From: Candidatus Brocadiia bacterium
GTDB taxonomy: Bacteria > Planctomycetota > Brocadiia > CAIUPP01
Assembly: GCA_050015075.1 (NCBI GenBank)
Contig: JBEKCB010000046.1
Span: 1-24,276, forward strand
Direction of reading: 5' to 3'
Length of the DNA: 24,276 nucleotides
Shown here: one piece after another, positions 10,629 to 18,098 of the stretch
Position numbering within the stretch: the first letter of the stretch is position 1
Layout: each line of letters starts with the position of its first letter
Translations under genes and position numbers: made by a program
Notes under the pieces: generated by a model
The model's input: only the letters and a program-made list of their open reading frames with translations
Databases searched by the model: none
What the model was told of the DNA's origin: nothing

Positions 10629-11263
10629 CGGGCCTCCGGCGCAACGTCAGGCACTGCGGGCTTGTCGCCGCCTTGGACTTCGCTCGGCCGGGCGACCAGG
10701 AAGAAGCGCGCCGCGCCTCCATGAGGATTGTGGCAGTCCGTGCAGCGCGCCTCGTCCGAGGGCCTGGCGCAGGAAGCGGGTTTCGCGCCTGCGGGCGTTC
10801 GATCGTGGCATTGGAAGCACAGCTTCGGCGGCGCCGCTCGCAGCAGGTGCGGCAGCGGCGACCGGTGCGGGTCGTGGCATTCCGCGCAGGCGCCCGCGGC
10901 CACCGGGCCGTGCATGGCCGGGAACTGACGGGTCTTGTCCGCATGGCAGGTGACGCAGAGTTCGTCCTTCGGCTTCAGGAGCACGAACGACGCTTCGCGG
11001 TTGTGGCAGTTGCCGCAGCCGGCCTGGGTGCGCGCGGGTTGATGCTCGGACCCCGCGAAGACGGGCGCCTGCGTGGTCGCGGCGGACGCACCCGTCGTGC
11101 CGGGCGCCGGATTTTTCGCCTGCGGCGCCCCGAGCGGCGGCACGCCGTCGAAGAAAAAGACCAGGGTGCTGTGACGCTTCTCCGCGGTGCAGGAGAAAAC
11201 CCCGGCCAGCACCGCTGTCAGGATGAGCTTACTGAGAAGGGCCCTCGACCGTCTTCGATTCAC
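10625..11263 (-). CDS. Pentaheme cytochrome c lipoprotein (ExtC-like)
   Basis: Lipobox-like VFSC followed by FFFDGVPP. Hemes CGNCH, CVTCH, CAECH, CFQCH, CTDCH. Start is probably GTG 11263. Confidence 0.85.
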   Translation of the reverse strand: MNRRRSRALLSKLILTAVLAGVFSCTAEKRHSTLVFFFDGVPPLGAPQAKNPAPGTTGASAATTQAPVFAGSEHQPARTQAGCGNCHNREASFVLLKPKDELCVTCHADKTRQFPAMHGPVAAGACAECHDPHRSPLPHLLRAAPPKLCFQCHDRTPAGAKPASCARPSDEARCTDCHNPHGGAARFFLVARPSEVQGGDKPAVPDVAPEAR

Positions 11264-12404
11264 TCTTCGTACCCTGCGTTTCCGTGGGGACGCGGCCCCG
11301 GTACGTCCCAAGGCCGTACACGGAGACCTTGGCTGGACCCAGTTGGCTGGTGACGAAAATCAGGCACTCCACCTCGAACTCCGGCGCGGCGTGCGCCGCG
11401 AAGAAGGCGATGCCGTCGTAGCTCAAGGCGACCTTGGCCGGCAGAGACAGGTCGCCCGGACCCTCGCCCGGCCCGCCCAGCATCAGGAGCAATTGCCCGG
11501 TCGAATCGAAAATCTGCACGGAGTCGGTCGCCGCGTCCGCCACGTACAGCCGCCCGGCGCGGTCCACGGCAATGCCCTTGGGCCGGACCATCTCGCCCAC
11601 CGACTCGCCCAGAGCCCCGATGACCTGCAGAACGCGGCCCTCGCGGTCCAGCTTCTGCACGCGCGCGTTCAGCGTGTCGCTCACGTACAGGCTTCCATCG
11701 GGCCCGAAGGCCAGGTTCGTCGGCTGATGGAATTCCCCCGGCTCGTCGCCTCCTTTCCCGATTTGACGCAGCAACAGCCCGCTCTCCGGGTCGAAGACCA
11801 GGATCGCATCGCTCTTGAGATCGGCCACGTAAAGAGCGCCATCATACCACAAGGCGTCGCACGGCTTCATGCCCTCGGGGAGCGCGATCGAGCGGACCGC
11901 CTGATCGGCGGAATCGAAGACGAGCACCGCGCCCAGGCCGGTGTCGGCGACGTACTTTTCACCCTGCGCGCCCAGGCTGATATTGATCGGCAGCGCCAGC
12001 CGATGCGGGCCCTGGTCGCCGAATGTCCGGAACGCCCGCCCGGCGAAATCGAAGACGGTGCAGCGCTTCGCGCCGGAGTCGCACACGTAGAGTTTCCCCT
12101 CGCGCCAGGCCACGCCGTACGGCCGGGTGATCTGGCCCTCCTGGCTCTGCGCTTCCGGCCCCAGCACGAACTGCGCGAAAGAGCCCGGCTTCGGCAGGAC
12201 GTCCGCCGGCGACGAGAGCGCGCACAGGAACTGGATCCGCGGCCGTTCCGGAAGAGGCGGGTAGAACACCGGGGCCGGCGGCGGCGACTGCGGCAGAGCA
12301 CTGCACCCGGCGAATCCAAGGAAAAGCGCCGCGGCGACCGTCGCCGGTCCTGGAAGCAGACGCGCTCCGGTCGCGCGGAGCAGGCGCTCCAAACGATTGC
12401 CCAT
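11229..12404 (-). CDS. NHL-repeat beta-propeller lipoprotein (paralog 2)
   Basis: Lipobox FAGC, FYPPLPERPRIQFL and NHL blades (EFHQPTNLAFGPDGSLYVSDTLNARVQK). ATG 12404 follows GGAGGG. Confidence 0.88.
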   Translation of the reverse strand: MGNRLERLLRATGARLLPGPATVAAALFLGFAGCSALPQSPPPAPVFYPPLPERPRIQFLCALSSPADVLPKPGSFAQFVLGPEAQSQEGQITRPYGVAWREGKLYVCDSGAKRCTVFDFAGRAFRTFGDQGPHRLALPINISLGAQGEKYVADTGLGAVLVFDSADQAVRSIALPEGMKPCDALWYDGALYVADLKSDAILVFDPESGLLLRQIGKGGDEPGEFHQPTNLAFGPDGSLYVSDTLNARVQKLDREGRVLQVIGALGESVGEMVRPKGIAVDRAGRLYVADAATDSVQIFDSTGQLLLMLGGPGEGPGDLSLPAKVALSYDGIAFFAAHAAPEFEVECLIFVTSQLGPAKVSVYGLGTYRGRVPTETQGTKSESKTVEGPSQ

Positions 12405-12507
12405 CCTTCCCTCCGCGAAACCGCACCGGCCTGCTTCCTCCGTCGGAGGAACCGGCAGTGTAAGCTCCGTGAGAGATTCGCGCAACCGCTCCCGGCGGCC
12501 CTTGCGC

Positions 12508-12538
12508 GGCGGACCCCGGCGGCGCCGGGGTTTCCGCC
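12508..12538 (-). other. GC-rich stem-loop just downstream of OmcE-like paralog 2
   Basis: ggcgga-ccccggc-ggc-gccgggg-tt-tccgcc. There is no U-tract, so it is more likely an mRNA stabiliser or pause site than a terminator. Confidence 0.5.
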
Positions 12539-12539
12539 G

Positions 12540-13160
12540 TCACTTGTTATGGCACGTCAGGCAGATGGCGCTTCCGTTCTTGCTGATCCGCAAGAGGGAA
12601 GCGTTGTTTTGCGTATTGTGGACGTCGTGACAGGACGCGCACTCCAGGTTGCCGGTCCCAAAGAGCAGGTCGTTATTGATCGTGCCGCCCAGTGCGGTGG
12701 ACTTGGTGCCGGGGTTGTAGAGCTTCGGATCGGCGTTCGACAGGGCGGTGTCGTAGACCAGGCCGATCGGGTGCGTTCCCCGCAGGTCGGTCCCGATGCG
12801 GTTGGTCGAATCCATGAACGTGGTCCCCGTGTTGCCGCCGAAGCTGTCCAGCGCGACGGTGCCGTCGTGGCAGCTCAGGCAAAGCTTGGAACCGTAATGC
12901 GCCGGCTGGGTCAGCTTGGCTTTGAGGGTCGGGCTGGAGTAAAGGGTATAAGTGGCGGTGCTGACCTTGTGGTTCCACGCAGGCGCGTTGGGCACCTTCG
13001 CCTCCGGGTGATGCGGCGTATGGCAGGACCCGCACAGTGCGCTGTGCGACCAGCCCTTGGCGGTGAAGTCGTGCGCAGAACCGGAGAGCGCGCCGAACGC
13101 CGCCGCCGGCAGCGCCAGCACCACGGCCAGCGCCGCTGAAAATAGCCTGCTTCGCGTCAT
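12540..13160 (-). CDS. OmcE-like tetraheme cytochrome c (paralog 2)
   Basis: Signal peptide, then AHDF...CGSCHTPH...PAWN...YTLYSS...SKLCLSCHDG...IGTDLRGTHPI...LECASCHDVH...GSAICLTCHNK. ATG 13160 follows AGGAG. Confidence 0.88.
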   Translation of the reverse strand: MTRSRLFSAALAVVLALPAAAFGALSGSAHDFTAKGWSHSALCGSCHTPHHPEAKVPNAPAWNHKVSTATYTLYSSPTLKAKLTQPAHYGSKLCLSCHDGTVALDSFGGNTGTTFMDSTNRIGTDLRGTHPIGLVYDTALSNADPKLYNPGTKSTALGGTINNDLLFGTGNLECASCHDVHNTQNNASLLRISKNGSAICLTCHNK

Positions 13161-13198
13161 GTGTTCACTCCTGCGTCTTTGTAGCGCACGCGGGGCCT

Positions 13199-13215
13199 GT
13201 ACCACGCTGTGGTAC
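13199..13215. promoter_or_regulatory. Perfect 17-bp palindrome, candidate operator
   Basis: GTACCAC-GCT-GTGGTAC in the intergenic gap. Near-identical copies at 15825 and 3491. Confidence 0.5.
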
Positions 13216-13271
13216 TCTCCGCTCCGGCGTACTCAAGGACTGCTTGTTCGAAGCGTATCGGGAATCTTTCA

Positions 13272-14567
13272 CTAAAGTTTCTCAGAAGACTGCGTTTGAG
13301 CGGGCGAAGACCCCGTTTCAGGCGCCGGCTTGGCCGCCTCAGGCGTCGTCGCGGGCGCCGGCTTGGCCGCCTCGGGTGTCGTCGCGGGCGCCGGCTTGAC
13401 CGGCTCGGGCGCCGTCTCGGTCGCCGGCTTGGGCTTCTCCTCGGGGACCGGCAGCGGCGGAATCTCAGCCCCGGGCTTCAAGTGGCCGAAGGCGAAAACG
13501 TCCAGCCGCGCGTCGCCGACCTGGCTCGTCACGAACAGCAGATACTCCGCCTCGAACCTCGGGTCCACGTATTTGGCGAAATACTTCATGCAGGACTTGT
13601 CCACGGCGACGGACGCGGGAAGGAGCAGGTAGCCGGGCGCGCCCGTGAAGTTCCCGAACGCCATCAGCACGTTGCCTTGCTGGTTGAACATCTGTACCAC
13701 GTTGTAGACCGATTCAACGACGTAGATGACGCCGTCCGGGCCGACCCCGATTCCCCTCGGGCGGGCGAATTTGCCGTAGGTATCGCCGGCGCCGCCGACC
13801 GAAATCAGGGATTTCCCGCTGCGATCCACCTTCTGGAACCGGAAGTTCATGTGGTCGCTGACGTATAAGTTGTCCTGCGCGTCGGTGGCGATGGCGTTCG
13901 GCATCAGGAACTGCCCCGGCTCCTGGCCTTTGCTTCCGAGCGTGCGGAGCAACTTCCCCGTCCCGCGGTCCAGCACCAGGAGGCGGTCATTGGTCACGTC
14001 CGTCACGAACAACTCGCTTCCGACCGCGGCAACGCCGCCGGGCCGTCCATCCTTGACTTTAAACGTGGTGACGTACTTGTCGTCCGGGTCGAAGACCTGG
14101 ATCAATGCCGGGATGGATTCCACGATGAACTTGTACCCGTCGTCGGAGACGCACATGTTCGTCGGAGCGGTGGTGGGCGGCGTGTCGCCGCCGAGGACGT
14201 AGAACTTATTGCGCTCCAGGTCGAAGACTTTGACCACGTGCGCGCCGAAGTCGCAAACGTAAATCCTTCCGCGCCAGACGGCCACTCCGTAAGGCTTGCC
14301 CAGCGTCGCCTGCCGAGACGCCAGCGGATCCGGCGGCGCGCCCACGATCAGGTCAATGAACTTCCAGCTCCTCGTCGAAGTAATGACGTCGCGCGCGGTG
14401 TTGATCGCCGTCAGGAACTGCACGCGCGGCGGGTCCGGCGGGAAGGGATAGAAAACCGGCTTCGCCGGCGGTGGAGGCGTCTCGGCGGTCTTGCACCCGG
14501 CCAAGGCCGCGCCGAGCAACGACGCGATCACTAAGGCGCCCCACGCGCCACGGCGCAAATTCGGCAT
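13272..14567 (-). CDS. NHL-repeat beta-propeller lipoprotein (paralog 1) with Pro/Ala/Thr-rich tail
   Basis: Lipobox LAGC, FYPFPPDPPRVQFL, NHL blades and C-terminal KPAPATTPEAA repeats. Confidence 0.9.
   Translation of the reverse strand: MPNLRRGAWGALVIASLLGAALAGCKTAETPPPPAKPVFYPFPPDPPRVQFLTAINTARDVITSTRSWKFIDLIVGAPPDPLASRQATLGKPYGVAVWRGRIYVCDFGAHVVKVFDLERNKFYVLGGDTPPTTAPTNMCVSDDGYKFIVESIPALIQVFDPDDKYVTTFKVKDGRPGGVAAVGSELFVTDVTNDRLLVLDRGTGKLLRTLGSKGQEPGQFLMPNAIATDAQDNLYVSDHMNFRFQKVDRSGKSLISVGGAGDTYGKFARPRGIGVGPDGVIYVVESVYNVVQMFNQQGNVLMAFGNFTGAPGYLLLPASVAVDKSCMKYFAKYVDPRFEAEYLLFVTSQVGDARLDVFAFGHLKPGAEIPPLPVPEEKPKPATETAPEPVKPAPATTPEAAKPAPATTPEAAKPAPETGSSPAQTQSSEKL
13321..13398. repeat. In-frame 33-bp tandem repeat (about 2.4 copies)
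   Basis: Unit ggcgccggcttggccgcctc(a/g)gg(c/t)gtcgtcgcg, encoding KPAPATTPEAA. Confidence 0.85.
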
Positions 14568-14600
14568 CTCATCGGTCTCGCAACAGGACTCTTAGTTCAC

Positions 14601-14649
14601 AAAAAACCGGCGCGCGGGGCAATCGTATGTCCGAATGCCCCGCGCGCCG
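14601..14649 (-). terminator. Rho-independent terminator after the first OmcE-like gene
   Basis: 14-bp stem (14608-14621 with 14636-14649) followed on the minus strand by GTTTTTT. Confidence 0.8.
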
Positions 14650-14671
14650 AACTGGTCGCCTGGAACGCCGA

Positions 14672-15409
14672 CTACTTAATATGACAAGTGAGACAAAGCG
14701 CGCTCTTCGCGTTCGACGTCACGAGGAACGGCGGCGCGGTCGTATCGTCGTGCGGATTGTGGCAGGTGGTGCATCCGACGGTGTCGCCGGTATTCGCCGT
14801 GGAGCCAACTTCCAAACTCAGAGCCCCGCTTCCGGAACCCACCGTATACTGCGTTACGCCGCCCCAGCCGCTCGTGGAAGTGGCGGTGTTAAAGCCGCTG
14901 TTGGTCGTGCCGAGCGCGGGGTACTTGCTGCCGACCGGATGAACGTAGGTCAAATCCAAGCCGACATCATTCGGGTACACCGTTGTGCCGGCAGCATTGA
15001 CAAAGCTCCTTGCCCACGACACGCTCTGGATCGGGTTCGTCGTGTCGTTTACGGTAATGTGAGTATTCACGACGTTGAAGTCGCCGACCGCGGTCACGCC
15101 GTCATGGCAACCCATGCACAGCAGCGAGCTGCTGTACAGCGTGGTTGCCTTCCCGTTCTTGGCGAAGCCGCTGGTCGCCGGGCCGACGAAGGTCGAGGCG
15201 GTCCCGTTCCCGGAGGTCAGGGCGTGGTTCCACAGAGGGCCGTACGCGGCATTCGGCGCGCCGTGCGGTGCATGGCAGGAAAGGCAGACCTCGCCGGTGC
15301 CAAGCCGGACGGACAGATCGTGCGGGCTGCCGACGATATTCTGCGCCCAAGACGGCGCTGAAATCAGAACGGCGGCCAGGACGGCCACAACAATTGCAAT
15401 CTTCTTCAT
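14672..15409 (-). CDS. OmcE-like tetraheme cytochrome c (paralog 1, probable major subunit)
   Basis: Signal peptide MKKIAIVVAVLAAVLISAPSWA, then SPHDLS...CLSCHAPH...PLWN...SLLCMGCHDG...GLDLTYVHPV...CTTCHNPH...PFL...SALCLTCHIK. Confidence 0.88.
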   Translation of the reverse strand: MKKIAIVVAVLAAVLISAPSWAQNIVGSPHDLSVRLGTGEVCLSCHAPHGAPNAAYGPLWNHALTSGNGTASTFVGPATSGFAKNGKATTLYSSSLLCMGCHDGVTAVGDFNVVNTHITVNDTTNPIQSVSWARSFVNAAGTTVYPNDVGLDLTYVHPVGSKYPALGTTNSGFNTATSTSGWGGVTQYTVGSGSGALSLEVGSTANTGDTVGCTTCHNPHDDTTAPPFLVTSNAKSALCLTCHIK

Positions 15410-15469
15410 CTACATATCCCTCGTCTTAAAGTAGCTGAAACAACATGTGTTATGCTAATGACTTACGGC

Positions 15470-15499
15470 ATTGTAACAGATTCAGCCCTGCAAAGTCAA
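15470..15499 (-). promoter_or_regulatory. Candidate proximal sigma70 promoter for the cytochrome operon
   Basis: TTGACT-N18-TACAAT with a TGn extension on the minus strand. Confidence 0.45.
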
Positions 15500-15574
15500 A
15501 TTCAGCGGTCGATTTCTACCAATACCCACCTCCTTTCAGGGCTGGATACTCGTTACTAATACGCTCAAATACCC

Positions 15575-15591
15575 AGCACATCTTATGCCGT
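15575..15591 (-). promoter_or_regulatory. Candidate sigma54 (-24/-12) promoter for the cytochrome operon
   Basis: Minus strand CGGCATAAGATGTGCT with exact GG-N10-GC spacing. A sigma54 activator is encoded in the divergent operon. Confidence 0.6.
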
Positions 15592-15660
15592 GAACGTCTT
15601 TAGGCCACCGTCTTTAATCATACACTCTATCTCCTTACGCCACAGCGTGTTGAGTTCCAG

Positions 15661-15678
15661 GTGTCTATGCTGAGACAC
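15661..15678. promoter_or_regulatory. Candidate upstream activator sequence
   Basis: Inverted repeat GTGTCT-N6-AGACAC (TGT-N10-ACA) about 100 bp upstream of the predicted sigma54 start site. Confidence 0.45.
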
Positions 15679-15791
15679 TAATGCCTTCAGAACGTCGGGT
15701 TTCCCTTATCAACTCTGCGAAAGTGGAGGGTCAATCTTTGCAAATCATGGAATATTGCATCATTGGGAACATTAAAAGGTCTTTCGCAAAG

Positions 15792-15820
15792 TTGACAAAG
15801 GGCTGTCCACAAGGTAAAAT
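15792..15820 (+). promoter_or_regulatory. sigma70 promoter for the ccsA-hemA-kinase-activator operon
   Basis: TTGACA-N17-TAAAAT, near consensus, followed by the palindrome at 15825-15841. Confidence 0.7.
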
Positions 15821-15912
15821 CGGCATACTACGCTGTGGTATATAGGCGATGCGCATGGTCAGGCGGGATCCAACGTAACAGCATACGCACGTTATAGCAA
15901 GGTTGACATATA

Positions 15913-16773
15913 GTGACACCACTCCAAATGGCGCTCTGCATCATCGCCGTAGCTCTGTATGCGGGTCAGGGGGCGGTGGCGGCATTCCCATTTCTGCGAC
16001 CGGGCAGGTCCGCCGCGGATCGGCTGCCCTATCTGGCGCTGGGTGCGCTGGCATTCCACGCCGCGTTCCTGATCACCCGCGCGGTGCAAGTCCATGGCCT
16101 TCCCATTGAGACGCGGCTGGACTCGGTCGCGCTGTTCCTTTGGCTCACCGCGGCGGTCTTCGTGGCCGCCGAGGGGCCGTTCGGGCTCAGCGGCATTACC
16201 GTGGTCTTCTGGCCGCTGTTCGCACTTTGTGCGATAGGGATGGGAATATTGTCCGGGCGCGCGCCGATGGATCGGCCCGCGCTGGCGAAGACGTGGCTTC
16301 TTTTGCATTTGATCCCGGTCTACGCCGGCTATGCCGGATTTGCGGTCGCGACCGGGGCATCTGTAACGCGCCTGATTCAGCAGCAGTTGCTGCGCGGCAA
16401 GCGGCCGGAGGCGCTATGGGCGCGGCTGCCGTCGCTGGCGCGGTTGGACCAGATCGGGCGTGTCGCCGTCGCGTGGGGATTTCCGCTGTTCACGGTGGGA
16501 TTGGCGGCCGGCGCCATCTGGGCCGAGCGGAACTCCGGATTGCTCGGCCGGGCCTGGTATGGCGATGCCAAGGTCATCGCAGGCTTTGCGGGCTGGCTGA
16601 TCTATGCGGCGGTGGTGCATATGCGGCTTGCCGGAAAGATGAGCGCGAACCGCGCCGCCGTCTTCACCATCGTGGGTTTCGTGGTGGCGCTGGCCACGTT
16701 CGGCGTGGCTCACGCTTATCCCGGGCGGACGCCGCCGTTCTCCGCGCCTTCGGTGATCACCTCCAAGACATGA
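15913..16773 (+). CDS. ccsA: CcsA/HemX-family cytochrome c assembly membrane protein
   Basis: About 8 hydrophobic segments, WLLLH and GFPLFTVGLAAGAIWA...AWYGDAK...WLIY (degenerate WWD domain). ATGA overlap with hemA. Start is GTG 15913 or ATG 15928. Confidence 0.8.
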   Translation: MTPLQMALCIIAVALYAGQGAVAAFPFLRPGRSAADRLPYLALGALAFHAAFLITRAVQVHGLPIETRLDSVALFLWLTAAVFVAAEGPFGLSGITVVFWPLFALCAIGMGILSGRAPMDRPALAKTWLLLHLIPVYAGYAGFAVATGASVTRLIQQQLLRGKRPEALWARLPSLARLDQIGRVAVAWGFPLFTVGLAAGAIWAERNSGLLGRAWYGDAKVIAGFAGWLIYAAVVHMRLAGKMSANRAAVFTIVGFVVALATFGVAHAYPGRTPPFSAPSVITSKT

Positions 16774-18098
16774 CCACACCCAGAACGATCCAGGTCGTCG
16801 GGCTCAGCCACCACACCGCTCCGGTGGAAATGCGGGAGGCGCTGGCGTTTCCGCGCGCCCGGCTGCCGGAGGCTCTCGCTTCGATGCGCGCGGTCGAGGG
16901 CGTCGAGGAAGTGGTGATCCTCTCCACGTGCAATCGCGTCGAGGTCTACGTCTGCGCGCGCGCGGCGCAGGGCGACGCCCTGGTGAGGGACCTGCTGACG
17001 AACTTCCACGGCCTCAGCGCGGAGAGCTTCGAGCGCCACCTGTACACCCGGGAAGGCATGGACGCGGTGGCGCATCTCTTCCGCGTTGCGGCGGGGCTGG
17101 ACAGCATGGTGCTCGGGGAAGCCCAGGTCACCGCCCAAGTGAAGGCGGCCTACGAGCTGGCGGCGGCGGAGCGCACCGTGGGCCGGGTGTTCCATCGGCT
17201 CTTCCAGCATTCGCTCTCGGTCGCCAAACGCGTGCGGACGTCCACCGATATTGACTCCGGCCGCGCCTCGGTCGGGTCTGTGGCGGTTCAACTGGCGCAG
17301 CGCATTTTCGAGACGTTGGCGGACCGCACGGTGCTCCTGATCGGCGCGGGCCAGATCGGCGAGGTCGTCCTGCGAAGCCTGCACACCGCCGGAGCGCAGA
17401 CCACGCTCGTGGCGAACCGGACTTTTTCCCGCGCGGACGCGCTCGCCCGCGAGTGCGGCGGCACCGCCGTCCACTTCGAGCAACTCCCCGAGAACCTGGC
17501 GCGGGCCGATATCGTGATCTCCTCCACCGATGCGCCGCACTACGTGATCCATCGCGCCGACGTGGAGAACGCGCTGCGCATCCGCCGGGGCCGGTCGCTC
17601 TTTCTCATTGATATCGCCGTTCCGCGCGACATCGAACCCTCCGCGGCCGAGCTGCCCGGATGCTACCTATATAATGTGGACGACCTCCAGTTGGTCGTGG
17701 AGGAGACGATCAGCCGCCGGAAGCGGGAACTCACCCGCTGCCTGGCCACCGTGGATGAGGAGACGGCGAAGTTCATGCGCTGGGCGCGCGGGCTCGAGGT
17801 CGCGCCGACCATCGTCGAGCTTCGCGACTCCCTGCACGAGTTGAAGCGCCAGGAACTCAGCGCGCTGCTCAACAAGTATCCCGATCTGCCCGTCGAGGCG
17901 CGCGTCGAGATCGAGCGCACGGCGGACCGCCTGGTGAATAAGATCCTTCATCAACCGATCAAGGCCCTGCAGGAACCCTCTTCGGACGAACATGGCCGGG
18001 GTGTCCTGGCGGCTGCGCGGCGGCTTTTCGGGCTGGAACAGCCCCCTGCGCCACCGGCGCCTCCCGCGCCGGGACCGTCGGAAAAGGAGCAGCCATGA
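16770..18098 (+). CDS. hemA: Glutamyl-tRNA reductase
   Basis: GLSHHTAPVEMRE, STCNRVE (catalytic Cys), GLDSMVLGEAQV, GAGQIG and DIAVPRDIEP. True start ATG 16770. Confidence 0.96.
   Translation: MTTPRTIQVVGLSHHTAPVEMREALAFPRARLPEALASMRAVEGVEEVVILSTCNRVEVYVCARAAQGDALVRDLLTNFHGLSAESFERHLYTREGMDAVAHLFRVAAGLDSMVLGEAQVTAQVKAAYELAAAERTVGRVFHRLFQHSLSVAKRVRTSTDIDSGRASVGSVAVQLAQRIFETLADRTVLLIGAGQIGEVVLRSLHTAGAQTTLVANRTFSRADALARECGGTAVHFEQLPENLARADIVISSTDAPHYVIHRADVENALRIRRGRSLFLIDIAVPRDIEPSAAELPGCYLYNVDDLQLVVEETISRRKRELTRCLATVDEETAKFMRWARGLEVAPTIVELRDSLHELKRQELSALLNKYPDLPVEARVEIERTADRLVNKILHQPIKALQEPSSDEHGRGVLAAARRLFGLEQPPAPPAPPAPGPSEKEQP

Noticed and set aside
15662-15677. NifA regulation implied by TGT-N10-ACA
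   Set aside because: There are no nif genes in the window, and the short pattern is not specific to NifA. The local activator is the simpler candidate.
15410-15730. Cyclic dinucleotide (GEMM) riboswitch like those ahead of Geobacter cytochrome genes
   Set aside because: A GGGAAACCC is present, but I see no GAAA tetraloop with a following GACGCAAAGC-like segment. An Infernal/Rfam scan would be decisive.
16140-18098. 652-aa ORF suggesting an extended HemA or a CcsA-HemA fusion
   Set aside because: The first ~210 aa are an alternative frame of ccsA. HemA motifs start at ATG 16770 in an ATGA overlap.
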